The notes: generated from the letters alone by a model not told the origin. A stretch of 64,000 bases of DNA from Candidatus Falkowbacteria bacterium (GCA_963747695.1 CAVVFV010000012.1:98903-162902), one strand, 5' to 3'. Shown: positions 28,527 through 37,445, numbered from the stretch's first letter. Made by a program: numbers and translations.

Positions 28527-28583
28527 ATTTTGTGCTTCAGATTTTGAATTTGTTTCGGATTTAGAATTTAGGATTTCGGATTT
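28455..28583. repeat. Low-complexity inverted-repeat region built from AAATCCGAAA / TTTCGGATTT words
   Basis: The left half lies inside the 3' end of 27417..28526 and the right half fills the intergenic gap. The arms are complementary in word content (GAAGCAC/GTGCTTC, AAATCCGAAAC/GTTTCGGATTT) but the word order is shuffled. Confidence 0.55.
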
Positions 28584-28596
28584 AAATTTAATTATT

Positions 28597-30357
28597 ATGG
28601 ATAAATTGAAGATTAAAATAAACGGAAAGGATTATACTGCTAACCCTGGCGAGACCGTTCTTGAGGTGGCCAGAGCGCACGGGATCGATATTCCGGCTTT
28701 GTGTTTTCATCCGGATTTTCCGGTCAAAGGGAATTGCCGCGTCTGTTCGGTGGAAGTGAAAGGTTATAAAAGATTGGTGCCTTCCTGCGCGACTTTCGTT
28801 TGTGATTGCATGGAAGTTTGGACCGAAACCGAACGAGTCAAGAAAGCCCGGGTGATGAATATCGAATTGATCTTTGCCGAACATATCGAGAAGTGCGCGG
28901 ATTGCATTTGGCGTTTTCAATGCCCGTTACTCGCAGCGGTAAAAAAATACGGCGTGAAGATCACCCGCTTCCGCGACCGCAAAGGCGCTCGGAAAACTTA
29001 TAAATTCCGCAATGCGGTGGAGATTGACGGCTCACAATGCATTGATTGCAAGAATTGCGTCGAAGCCTGCGCTATGCAGCAGAATATCCATTATTTGAAA
29101 TTTGCCGGGAAGGGGAGCCGCCAGGAAGTCGTGCCGCGGCAGAACGAAGGATTCAAATGTATTTTGTGCGGCCAATGCAGTCTGCATTGTCCGGTTTCGG
29201 CGGCTCAAGAGCAGGCGGAAGTGCCGCAGGTGGAAAAGTTATTGAACGCTAATTCGCGAAAAGACCCACCCCGTCACCGCGGCGGTGCCACCCCTCCCGG
29301 GGAGGGGAATATTCTTGTCGCGCAGTTCGCCCCGTCCGTTCGCGTCACCATCGGTGAAGATTTTAAGATGCCTTATGGTAAGGATACGGCCGGAAAAATT
29401 ACCGCCGCGCTGCGCAAATTGGGCTTTGATTATGTTTTCGATATAAATTTCGGCGCTGATCTGACCACGATCATTGAAGCGGAAGAATTGCTGGAACGCG
29501 TCAAGGATAAGAAATCGATCAAGCCGATGTTCACCTCCTGCTGTCCCGGCTGGGTCAATTACGTCGAATTATTGCATCCGGAACTGATCCCGCATTTAGC
29601 GACGACTCGTTCGCCGCACATCCATCTGGCGGGCGTGGTCAAGACTTATTGGGCCAAAAAAATGGGTGTTGACCCGAAAAGGATCAAATTGGTTTCGATA
29701 ATGCCTTGCACGGCCAAAAAATATGAAGCGGTTCGGCCGGAAATGAAAGTGGACGGAATGCAAGTTATCGATCAAGTTTTGACCACGCGAGAATTATCGT
29801 TCTTATTCAAAAAAAATAACATCGATCTGGCCAAGGTTAGGCCGCAGCAAGCCGATAATCCGCTGGGTAAATTTTCCGGCGCCGCCGTGCTGTTCGGCGG
29901 ATCGGGCGGCGTGATGGAATCAGCTTTGCGCTCGGCCGAATTCTTAGCCTGTGGTCCGCATGCCAAATTATGCCGGGCCAAGATCGATTATAACGAAGCT
30001 AGAGGTTTGGCCGGAATTAAAACCGCGACAGTAGACATTGCCGGCAATAAATTGCGGATCGCCGTGGTCAATGGCATCGGCAATATCGATCCGATCATCG
30101 CCGATCTGGATAAATATGATTATATCGAAGTGATGGCCTGCCCGGGAGGCTGCATCGGCGGCGGCGGCCAGCCGATCCCGACCACGGATGAAATTCGCGC
30201 GGCGCGCATCCAAGCCTTATATCAGATCGACTTTGCCAAGAAGGGGTTTCGCCGGTCTTATGAGAATAAAGGAGTGATGGAAGTGCTTGATTGGGTGAAA
30301 AAAAACAAATTGGAGAAGAAGGTGTTGTTTACGAAGTATAAGAGGCGAAATTATTAA
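28597..30357 (+). CDS. hydA: [FeFe]-hydrogenase catalytic subunit (2Fe-2S plus 4Fe-4S accessory domains plus H-domain)
   Basis: An N-terminal plant-type ferredoxin fold (CFHPDF...GNCRVCSVEV) and 2x CxxCxxCxxxCP motifs. The H-cluster motifs are FTSCCPGW, MPCTAKKYE and EVMACPGGCIGGGGQP. Confidence 0.9.
   Translation: MDKLKIKINGKDYTANPGETVLEVARAHGIDIPALCFHPDFPVKGNCRVCSVEVKGYKRLVPSCATFVCDCMEVWTETERVKKARVMNIELIFAEHIEKCADCIWRFQCPLLAAVKKYGVKITRFRDRKGARKTYKFRNAVEIDGSQCIDCKNCVEACAMQQNIHYLKFAGKGSRQEVVPRQNEGFKCILCGQCSLHCPVSAAQEQAEVPQVEKLLNANSRKDPPRHRGGATPPGEGNILVAQFAPSVRVTIGEDFKMPYGKDTAGKITAALRKLGFDYVFDINFGADLTTIIEAEELLERVKDKKSIKPMFTSCCPGWVNYVELLHPELIPHLATTRSPHIHLAGVVKTYWAKKMGVDPKRIKLVSIMPCTAKKYEAVRPEMKVDGMQVIDQVLTTRELSFLFKKNNIDLAKVRPQQADNPLGKFSGAAVLFGGSGGVMESALRSAEFLACGPHAKLCRAKIDYNEARGLAGIKTATVDIAGNKLRIAVVNGIGNIDPIIADLDKYDYIEVMACPGGCIGGGGQPIPTTDEIRAARIQALYQIDFAKKGFRRSYENKGVMEVLDWVKKNKLEKKVLFTKYKRRNY
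29263..29309 (+). repeat. GC-rich palindromic intragenic element, copy 3
   Basis: GACCCACCCCGTCACCGCGGCGGTGCCACCCCTCCCGGGGAGGGGAA, with a terminal hairpin CCCCTCC-CGG-GGAGGGG. It is translated as DPPRHRGGATPPGEGN in the linker before the H-domain. Confidence 0.65.
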
Positions 30358-30362
30358 ATAAA

Positions 30363-30442
30363 TTGTTATATTGTCATATTGTTATATTGTTGCGTGGCGG
30401 GCTTAAATGGCAATATGACAATATAGCAATATGGCAATATAA
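30363..30442. repeat. Low-complexity palindrome (TTATATTG / CAATATAA words)
   Basis: TTGTTATATTGTCATATTGTTATATTGTT ... GGCAATATGACAATATAGCAATATGGCAATATAA. Confidence 0.55.
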
Positions 30443-30446
30443 TAAT

Positions 30447-30707
30447 ATGAAAAAGTATCTTGCGACGATTACGATCTTGAGCGACGACCGGCACAATAAT
30501 GCGCTGGCCATTCAAAGGGTGATGACCGCCGGCAGCCGGCTGATCCACGCCAGAATGGGGGTGAATTTTGTGCCCGCCTGTTCAGCTCAATGCATGGGCA
30601 TCATTACTATAGTCGTCGAAGGCAGCCCGGCGGACATTAAGGCGCTGACTGCTAAATTTAATAAGATTAAAGATGTTTCAGCCAAGAGTTTATTGATAAC
30701 AAAATAA
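30447..30707 (+). CDS. TM1266-type putative iron-only hydrogenase system regulator
   Basis: An 86-aa protein. The pattern ITILSDDR...IHARMGVNF...GIITIVVEGSPADIKALTAKFNKIKDVSAK matches my memory of the TM1266 family. Start placed at ATG 30447 after the repeat. Confidence 0.65.
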   Translation: MKKYLATITILSDDRHNNALAIQRVMTAGSRLIHARMGVNFVPACSAQCMGIITIVVEGSPADIKALTAKFNKIKDVSAKSLLITK

Positions 30708-30748
30708 ATAATTCTAAATTTTTTTGATAATTTAGAATTTAACATTTT

Positions 30749-31282
30749 ATGGATTATCTTCAAGAACAGGCGGCCGTAAGAGTTGATGCGGCGGCAATCG
30801 CTAATTTTATCGGCTTGGCCGCCGTGATAACTTTTTTGCCGTTGATTATTCATCTGCAGTGGATAACCGGGCCGATCGTCAATGCGGTGCTGATCCTGAT
30901 TCTGTTTATTGTCGGCATCCGTTCGGCTTTGCTGATGTGCCTGGTGCCCAGCGTGATGGCGTTGGCCGGCGGATTGTTGCCGGCCGTTTTGGCGCCGGTA
31001 GTGCCGTTCATTATGATCAGTAACGTAATTTTCATCTTGAGCGTCGATTATTTTTATCGGGCGGCCAAGAATGAATTCAATGGTTTCTGGATCGGCGTCG
31101 TGGTCGGCGCCGCGCTTAAATATCTATTCATCTGGTTCAACGCCAATCTGATGATCAGCTTGATTTTGAAAAAGGAGCTGGCGACGGCCGTGATCCAGAT
31201 GGTTTCCTGGCCGCAATTCGCGACTGCCTTAGCCGGCGGCGTGATCGCCTTTGTTATCCTAAAATGGCTGAAAAGGATCTGA
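30749..31282 (+). CDS. Integral membrane protein (5-6 TM)
   Basis: Hydrophobic throughout; no motif recognised. Confidence 0.6.
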   Translation: MDYLQEQAAVRVDAAAIANFIGLAAVITFLPLIIHLQWITGPIVNAVLILILFIVGIRSALLMCLVPSVMALAGGLLPAVLAPVVPFIMISNVIFILSVDYFYRAAKNEFNGFWIGVVVGAALKYLFIWFNANLMISLILKKELATAVIQMVSWPQFATALAGGVIAFVILKWLKRI

Positions 31283-31336
31283 ATCAGAGAAGAATTAAGA
31301 GAGAAGAGATTGGAAATAATTGTTTAGATAAAAAAG

Positions 31337-31369
31337 AACCGCCGATCATTTCTGATCGAGCGGTTTTTT
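31337..31369. terminator. Bidirectional terminator
   Basis: AACCGCCGATCA / TGATCGAGCGGTT stem with A-runs and T-runs on both sides, lying between convergent genes. Confidence 0.65.
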
Positions 31370-31375
31370 GGTTGC

Positions 31376-31564
31376 TTACCGGTAGTAATGTTCGGGAAGT
31401 TCCGGAGTCCATCCCGGCGGTTCTGGACCGGACTTAGCATTGGCTTCATGCATTGCGTCTTGGGCGATTTTTCCCAGCACGCCTTTCTTATGTAGTTTCA
31501 AGATCCTGCGGCGCATTTTCGTCATTTCTCGGGTCGCATAATCAATTTTAGTTTTTTTGGGCAT
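31376..31564 (-). CDS. Small basic hypothetical protein
   Basis: A 62-aa ORF that is translationally compact with the upstream 698-aa gene (9-nt gap). Confidence 0.5.
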   Translation of the reverse strand: MPKKTKIDYATREMTKMRRRILKLHKKGVLGKIAQDAMHEANAKSGPEPPGWTPELPEHYYR

Positions 31565-31573
31565 AGTACCTCC

Positions 31574-33670
31574 CTATTTGATGTATTTGAAAATGTACAA
31601 TTGGCCATTATCAATATTTTGAAGAGAATCCGAATCTATCTTCGCTTGTTCGACGATTTTGTCAAAGTCAGTCCAATATTTATTGATAACAAAGTAGACG
31701 GTATTGGCTCCGGTCAAATCGGCCGCCTCGAGCGCGGTGGCGCGGTCGGGTTTCTGGTAGACCATCTGGAGATAAATTTGATAAAGCGGCCCGCCGGTCG
31801 GGATGGGATAGAAATAAATATTTTTTTTGTAATAATGAGAAAAGCCGAAAGTCCAGAGCGCGCCGACGGAAACTTGCTGGTCGGCTAAAACCACGTACGG
31901 CGTGGTGCTGGAGTCCTGATTGATCCAACTGACGGCGGCGAGATCGTCGGCGCCGACCGAAAAGGATCGTGAATTGAAATAGTTATCGATTCGCGGATAG
32001 CTGCCATAAAGAGAAATAGCGATTAAGATTACGAGCAGAGTAAGCCAGGCGTATTTTAGAAAAGGTTTGGCTTGAAGAATCAAAGATATGAATTTTGCGG
32101 CTAAAACGGCTAAGAGAGGAACGAGAAAGATAAAAGTATCGCAGATGATCCGTTGCGCGTAATCATTCCGCTCATAGCTGATGAGAAAACTAAAATTTAG
32201 CCGCAGGGTGATGAAATAGGCGAACAGCAAGCTGACACCGAACCCCCCCAGAATAATAAATTCAGGAATTTTTTTTCGGTAGCGATAGATCGCGTAGGCG
32301 CCGGCGGCGGTTAAGATGATGAGAAACAACCATTCGTTATCCAGGAAAAAATAAATAAAGTTGAGAAAAATGTTTTCCTGGCGGGGAAAAGCCAGGAGGG
32401 GAATTGCCAATCCCGGCGCGGCGGAATTTCCTCCGGATGAGGCGATCGAATTTTTTCCCGAGAGGTAAAATAGCCAGGGAAGTCCAACGGCAGTGAGCAA
32501 AGCGATCAGGACGTAAAAAATATTTTTGCTCAAAATAAAATCGCCGATTGATCGAACGGAAAAATGGAAATGTCTCCGCCCGGAAAGCCTGGTGGTTTTG
32601 ATGCGCAAAACCCCGTGGTGGGGTTCGTCCAGGCAAATTTCCCCGTCGGTGATGCTTTTTTTCGGCCAGAAGCAGATTTGATCGCCCGGTTGGCGATTGA
32701 TCAGCATGGCTAGCGCAAAAAGGATTGCCGGAATTCCGGCGACCGGATGCGTAACTAAAGCTGCGGCGGCTAAGAGGAAACTCAAAATTATTTCCTCTCG
32801 TTTACGCGCGAAAAGCGAAAAAAGAATCGAGAGCAGTAAAAATAAATAAGCCAGATTTTGCGGAACGGTCAAGGTAAAGATGGAAAAAGGGAGGATGAGA
32901 AGACAGAGAAGAGATAAGAGAGAAGAAAAAAGAGTAATTTTAAATCTTTTGGTAAATAAATAAATAGCGGGAGGCAAAGTAAGGGCAGCCAGAAGAGGAA
33001 CTAATAATTTATCAGCCCAGACGATCGGGATGAAGAATATTTTATGCGCGATCAGGACGAGCGAATATTGTCCGAGATAATACGGCGTCTTGGGAAAAAC
33101 TGCGCCTTGCTTGTCGATCAGTTGGACCGTGGCCTGATGGATGAAGGGATCATAGCCGTAACCGATCTGGAAAACAATCCAGAGAACCGAGAAGGACAGG
33201 AAATAATGAGCAATGATCAGGGCGCCAGTAAACCGGGTTTGGCGGATGATCAGCCAGAATAAATAAGCAGTCGCCAAGACATAAAAGATGAAAAATCTGG
33301 CCGGAACAACCTGCCAGGGCGATGTCAGCGAAACATCGGTTCGGGCATTGAACAAAAATAAAAAAGAAAAAATAAAAAAGAAAAAATAGGGGATTAGCCA
33401 GGCGCAAGTAAGCGCAATATCCTTCCAGTCAATACCATTCTTTTTAACGATGAATCTTTCGGCTATATCATTTACATCAAAAGTGTCTTTCTTTTGCACA
33501 AAAAGCAGTCGGGCAAAATACCAAAGACCGATCGCTGACAGTACCATTGTCACGGAAATCCCCAGCCAATTCAATGAATAAAAATAATAAACCGCCGCGC
33601 CGCTTACTGCAATCAGACAAGTCGCCGCGATGATTAGGTAAAATATTCGACTGTTAAGAGTTGTTTTCAT
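31574..33670 (-). CDS. Large polytopic membrane protein (possible glycosyltransferase-C-type fold)
   Basis: About 14 or more TM helices plus a C-terminal soluble domain. The architecture resembles GT-C enzymes, but no diagnostic motif was recognised. Confidence 0.65.
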   Translation of the reverse strand: MKTTLNSRIFYLIIAATCLIAVSGAAVYYFYSLNWLGISVTMVLSAIGLWYFARLLFVQKKDTFDVNDIAERFIVKKNGIDWKDIALTCAWLIPYFFFFIFSFLFLFNARTDVSLTSPWQVVPARFFIFYVLATAYLFWLIIRQTRFTGALIIAHYFLSFSVLWIVFQIGYGYDPFIHQATVQLIDKQGAVFPKTPYYLGQYSLVLIAHKIFFIPIVWADKLLVPLLAALTLPPAIYLFTKRFKITLFSSLLSLLCLLILPFSIFTLTVPQNLAYLFLLLSILFSLFARKREEIILSFLLAAAALVTHPVAGIPAILFALAMLINRQPGDQICFWPKKSITDGEICLDEPHHGVLRIKTTRLSGRRHFHFSVRSIGDFILSKNIFYVLIALLTAVGLPWLFYLSGKNSIASSGGNSAAPGLAIPLLAFPRQENIFLNFIYFFLDNEWLFLIILTAAGAYAIYRYRKKIPEFIILGGFGVSLLFAYFITLRLNFSFLISYERNDYAQRIICDTFIFLVPLLAVLAAKFISLILQAKPFLKYAWLTLLVILIAISLYGSYPRIDNYFNSRSFSVGADDLAAVSWINQDSSTTPYVVLADQQVSVGALWTFGFSHYYKKNIYFYPIPTGGPLYQIYLQMVYQKPDRATALEAADLTGANTVYFVINKYWTDFDKIVEQAKIDSDSLQNIDNGQLYIFKYIK

Positions 33671-33837
33671 ATTTCTATTTTAGCAAAATAAAATTAATTA
33701 GGCGAGGAACGGAAGTGCGCTGTCGACAGTAGGAGATTCTTGCTAAAATCCGCATTATTTGGTAACGTATGATACGAATACTACGAATTATTCGCGAATA
33801 CGGCGAACATTATAACGAATTAAAATTCGGTTTGCTG

Positions 33838-33873
33838 AATTTGCAGTATTCGCGTAAAATTTGCAGTATTCGC
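33838..33873 (+). repeat. Two exact 16-bp direct repeats AATTTGCAGTATTCGC, 20-bp period
   Basis: 33838-33853 and 33858-33873, ending 5 nt before the ATG at 33879. Confidence 0.7.
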
Positions 33874-33878
33874 ATTAT

Positions 33879-35762
33879 ATGACCAAAATATTTGATTTGA
33901 TTAAAATATATTGGCGGGAAATCTGCGTCGCTCTGCTGGCGGTGGCTTTTTTTGCGGCCACTTGCGGCTTTATCGCTTTTACCCAGCGCGATGGTTTTGT
34001 CAAATGGGGTTCGCCGGATGAAACAGCGAATTATATTTTTGCCAAACTTTATGCCCAGACCGGCCAGCTGACCATTTACGAAAAATATAATCCGTTCGTC
34101 GATGAGATCATGCAGCCGCGGAGTTTCCGGAGCGATGACGGGTCGCTCAAGCCGGTCAGTTTTTTGGGGATTATTTTGCTTTACGGCTCAATCGCCAAGC
34201 TGCTTTCCATCAAAGTCTTGCCTTATCTGACGCCGTTCTTTGCCGCGTTGGGTTTTTTCTTTTATTATCTCTTGATCAAAAGGATATTCACGCAGCGGGT
34301 GGCATTCCTTAGTTCTCTATTGCTGTTAAGTTTTCCGGTATTATTTTTTTATTCGGTGCACAGCATGTTTCATAACGTGCTCTTTGTTTCGCTCTTAGTC
34401 ATCGGTTTGTATTTCATCGTTTGGGCCGTCTCGCGGCCGGCCGAAAGAAATCCTTTTCTTTCTTGGCGGATTTGGCAGATGGACTGGCTGAATTTATTCT
34501 TGTCCGCCTTGGGCGGCTTGGCGGTCGGCTTAGCCTTGATCACCAGGACTTCCGAGATCATTTGGCTCGCGCCGGCGCTTTTCATTCTCTGGCTGTTCAA
34601 TCTGAAAAAAATCGGTATTTTGAAATTGATTATTTTTATTTTTTTTATCGCTCTGCCTTTCGTTCCGGTTCTCTCCTGGAATGAGATTCTTTACGGTGGT
34701 TATCTCAACGGGGGATATACGGAAATCAATCAATCGATAACCTCGGTCGCCGCGGCGAGCACCGATTTGACGCAAACAGTGGTTAAGGGACAGCTCGCCT
34801 ACATTCCGCTCCCTTTAAAAAAGATCAAAGAAACAATTTTTTATTTCGGCTTGAATTACGGCCAAGCCGAACAGAATTTCAAGAATTATTTCATCAAGAT
34901 GTTTCCGCTGCTTTTCTGGCCGGCCTTTTTGGGGCTGATCCTTTTCCTGGCCCGCGTTTGGAAATGGAAAAAAAGATACTGGGCATATTTTTTCGCTTAT
35001 TTCATCGCCAGCGCGATACTCATCCTCTATTATGGCAGTTGGGTATTCAATGATAATCCCAACATCAACGAAATTACGATCGGCAATTCCTATACCCGTT
35101 ATTGGTTGCCGGTTTATCTGGGTGCGATGCCGTTGGCCGCTTTTTTTATCTCCCGGCTGTCGTGGGCGCTTTTCGCCAAAGAAAATTCGGAAAGCGAAGT
35201 CGAAGTCAGCGTCAGCTCGAATAAGTTCAAGAATTTTTTCATCCCCAAGTGGCCGTCGCGTAATTTTTTGATCAGCTCCACTCAGGCGATTTTCATTATC
35301 ATTATTTTTTTCTGGTCCGCCAATTTTCTGATCGGCGGTTCCCAAGAAGGATTGATTTACGTCGATTTTAATAATCAGGTCTTGAAATCCGAATATGACC
35401 AGGTGCTCAAACTTACTGAACCATCGGCGGTAATCATCACTCGCTATCATGACAAGCTTTTTTTCCCCGAGCGCAAAGTCATCGTCAATACTTTGACCGA
35501 CCAACAAATTGATGATTTATATCGAAAATTAGCTAATTTCATCCCGGTTTATTATTACAATTTTACTTTTGCGCCGAAAGATCTGGCTTATTTGAATTCG
35601 GGCAAATTAAAAAATTCCGGCTTGGTTCTCCAGAAGATTAAGTCGACCGACGATGTCTTCACTCTATATAAATTGGAAATTTTAATTCCGACTTCGACGC
35701 CGGCGATGAAAATTCCGCAAAAATCCTTGACAATTACGTCAAAGAGCGTTAAAAATAAATAA
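33879..35762 (+). CDS. GT39/PMT_2-like (ArnT-type) membrane glycosyltransferase
   Basis: Multi-pass N-terminal half with an early periplasmic loop (WGSPDETANYIF), plus a C-terminal soluble domain. The family call rests on architecture only. Confidence 0.6.
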   Translation: MTKIFDLIKIYWREICVALLAVAFFAATCGFIAFTQRDGFVKWGSPDETANYIFAKLYAQTGQLTIYEKYNPFVDEIMQPRSFRSDDGSLKPVSFLGIILLYGSIAKLLSIKVLPYLTPFFAALGFFFYYLLIKRIFTQRVAFLSSLLLLSFPVLFFYSVHSMFHNVLFVSLLVIGLYFIVWAVSRPAERNPFLSWRIWQMDWLNLFLSALGGLAVGLALITRTSEIIWLAPALFILWLFNLKKIGILKLIIFIFFIALPFVPVLSWNEILYGGYLNGGYTEINQSITSVAAASTDLTQTVVKGQLAYIPLPLKKIKETIFYFGLNYGQAEQNFKNYFIKMFPLLFWPAFLGLILFLARVWKWKKRYWAYFFAYFIASAILILYYGSWVFNDNPNINEITIGNSYTRYWLPVYLGAMPLAAFFISRLSWALFAKENSESEVEVSVSSNKFKNFFIPKWPSRNFLISSTQAIFIIIIFFWSANFLIGGSQEGLIYVDFNNQVLKSEYDQVLKLTEPSAVIITRYHDKLFFPERKVIVNTLTDQQIDDLYRKLANFIPVYYYNFTFAPKDLAYLNSGKLKNSGLVLQKIKSTDDVFTLYKLEILIPTSTPAMKIPQKSLTITSKSVKNK

Positions 35763-35808
35763 TAGAACATTCGAAATGTTTTTTATAAACTGAACCAGGA
35801 GGTGGAAG

Positions 35809-36147
35809 ATGGATTCGATAAGCAAGACTTTAGTGTACATGCTGGTGCCCGTCCCTGACGATAAAGAGTTCAGCGGGACAGTGATCGGCTTTGACACGAT
35901 GAAGATGCTCGTCACCGTCAAAGCCGACAGCGAAAACGGTTCAGGCGAAGAGCGGACATTTTATCTGGAGCCATATGACGACAAAGACGGCGATCCGCTT
36001 AAGATGGCGGAGCAAATCGATGTTGTGGAAGGAATGGATATTGCCATGCCTTACAAGATCGACGCGCTTGATCATAAGAAAGTCATCGTCACGGGTAAAA
36101 GGGTCAAAGTGCTCGAGCCGAGCACAATGGTACTAAGCGAAACATAA
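35809..36147 (+). CDS. Hypothetical protein
   Basis: ATG 6 nt after AGGAGGTGGA, with a terminator downstream. Confidence 0.55.
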   Translation: MDSISKTLVYMLVPVPDDKEFSGTVIGFDTMKMLVTVKADSENGSGEERTFYLEPYDDKDGDPLKMAEQIDVVEGMDIAMPYKIDALDHKKVIVTGKRVKVLEPSTMVLSET

Positions 36148-36171
36148 CGAGAGCGATCATACGATTGCTTT

Positions 36172-36199
36172 AAACCGCCAGGGTAACGGCGGTTTTTTA
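36172..36199 (+). terminator. Rho-independent terminator
   Basis: AACCGCC / GGCGGTT stem followed by TTTTT. Confidence 0.7.
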
Positions 36200-36242
36200 T
36201 TTGACAAATTTATGTTATAATAATAATTGAAGAAATTATTTT

Positions 36243-36824
36243 ATGCTCGAGATTCTCAACTCTGTTATCAATATCGCAAATCAGTATGCCAATTTGATCT
36301 TGGTCGCCGTTACCATCGTCTATGCTTTTATGACTTACGAGACGGTGAAGATCATGCGGCGGCAGGTGACGGCGAACATCCGGATCGCCAAGATCCATCT
36401 GCGCGTCTCTGCCGAAGGGAAGCGCGATGGTTTTAAGATTTCCGCTTTCAAAGATCTGGCGCGCCGGCCTTACGGCGCTCTGAAGGAAGTTACTTTCGTT
36501 TTTCGGATGTTTGCCGATTTTGTGAATATTTCTTACGGCTCGGGAGCGATCGATCAGCCCAAGCTGGTGATCAAATTCGACCACAGCAATTTCGAATTGG
36601 AAGTCCGGCCGACTTCAGAGCGGATCGGCGCTGCCCGGCGAACAATCGTCATTCACGGCGGCGGTTTCGAGAAGATCGATTTGGATTATTTTGTAGCTTT
36701 CAATGAAAAATTTTTGGAATTGATTAAAAAAAATCCAGCGGCAATCGAATATTATGTGCGTTACCGCGATAATTCCGGTCACCGCCATAAAGTCAAGATC
36801 GATGATGTCGACGGTTTGAAGTAA
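36243..36824 (+). CDS. Hypothetical protein with N-terminal TM helix
   Basis: A clean 193-aa ORF; the antisense ORF 36210..36584 is less plausible. Confidence 0.5.
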   Translation: MLEILNSVINIANQYANLILVAVTIVYAFMTYETVKIMRRQVTANIRIAKIHLRVSAEGKRDGFKISAFKDLARRPYGALKEVTFVFRMFADFVNISYGSGAIDQPKLVIKFDHSNFELEVRPTSERIGAARRTIVIHGGGFEKIDLDYFVAFNEKFLELIKKNPAAIEYYVRYRDNSGHRHKVKIDDVDGLK

Positions 36825-36992
36825 GAAATAAGAAGTAAGAAATAAGAAATGAGAAGTTTTTTAGTTTCGACAGAATCCACTGCGAGGGGATTCTGTCTTT
36901 AGTTTGTTTTGTTGATTGACAGGTATACCTGATTATGATAATTTTTAGCGTTGTTCATTTGCTGATTAAACCCAAACTAAACAGGAGGTCGT

Positions 36993-37445
36993 ATGCGGAA
37001 AAATACCGCTGATCGGGCAACGGGAAACGTGTTAATGTTGGATTTTACCAAAATAAAGAGGGTGGCCAAGACATCCAGAAGAAATGTGATGCGGGTAACT
37101 ATCCAGGACGTTGATACTAAGCTCGTACTGATCGAGGGCTACATTAACAAAGAGGCATTTTACGCTTCTTTGAAAGACGATCTGGCGACGATGTGGTCAA
37201 CCACTCGCAATGTTCTTTGGCAGAAAGGAAAAACCTCCGGAGACCAGCTTGAGTTGATTGATACTTTCACGAACTGTGAACAGGATTCGCTGCTTTTCAA
37301 AGTCAGACCGAAGGCCGGCGGGGCCTGCCACGTCAAAGATGCCAACGGCAATACCTATAAAACCTGCTATTTTCGCCGGATTGTCGCCAGGGAAGACGGG
37401 TTGGGGCTGGAGGTTGACAAGGAAGCGATGCAGAAAAAAGCTTGA
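36993..37445 (+). CDS. hisI: Phosphoribosyl-AMP cyclohydrolase-like protein
   Basis: IEGYINKEAF...STTRNVLWQKGKTSGDQLELIDTFTNCEQDSLLFKVRPKAGGACH parallels the HisI core (MNxEAL...SRxxLWxKGETSGxxQ...DCDxDxLL...G.ACH). Confidence 0.7.
   Translation: MRKNTADRATGNVLMLDFTKIKRVAKTSRRNVMRVTIQDVDTKLVLIEGYINKEAFYASLKDDLATMWSTTRNVLWQKGKTSGDQLELIDTFTNCEQDSLLFKVRPKAGGACHVKDANGNTYKTCYFRRIVAREDGLGLEVDKEAMQKKA

Noticed and set aside
34815-35507. A 230-aa minus-strand ORF inside the GT39-like gene. Similar antisense ORFs lie at 12288-12842, 49140-49847 and 47677-48195.
   Set aside because: All are antisense to well-supported genes and have a skewed composition. One example is the poly-Ser translation opposite the Asp/Glu-rich region at 47677-48195. 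No independent signals support them.
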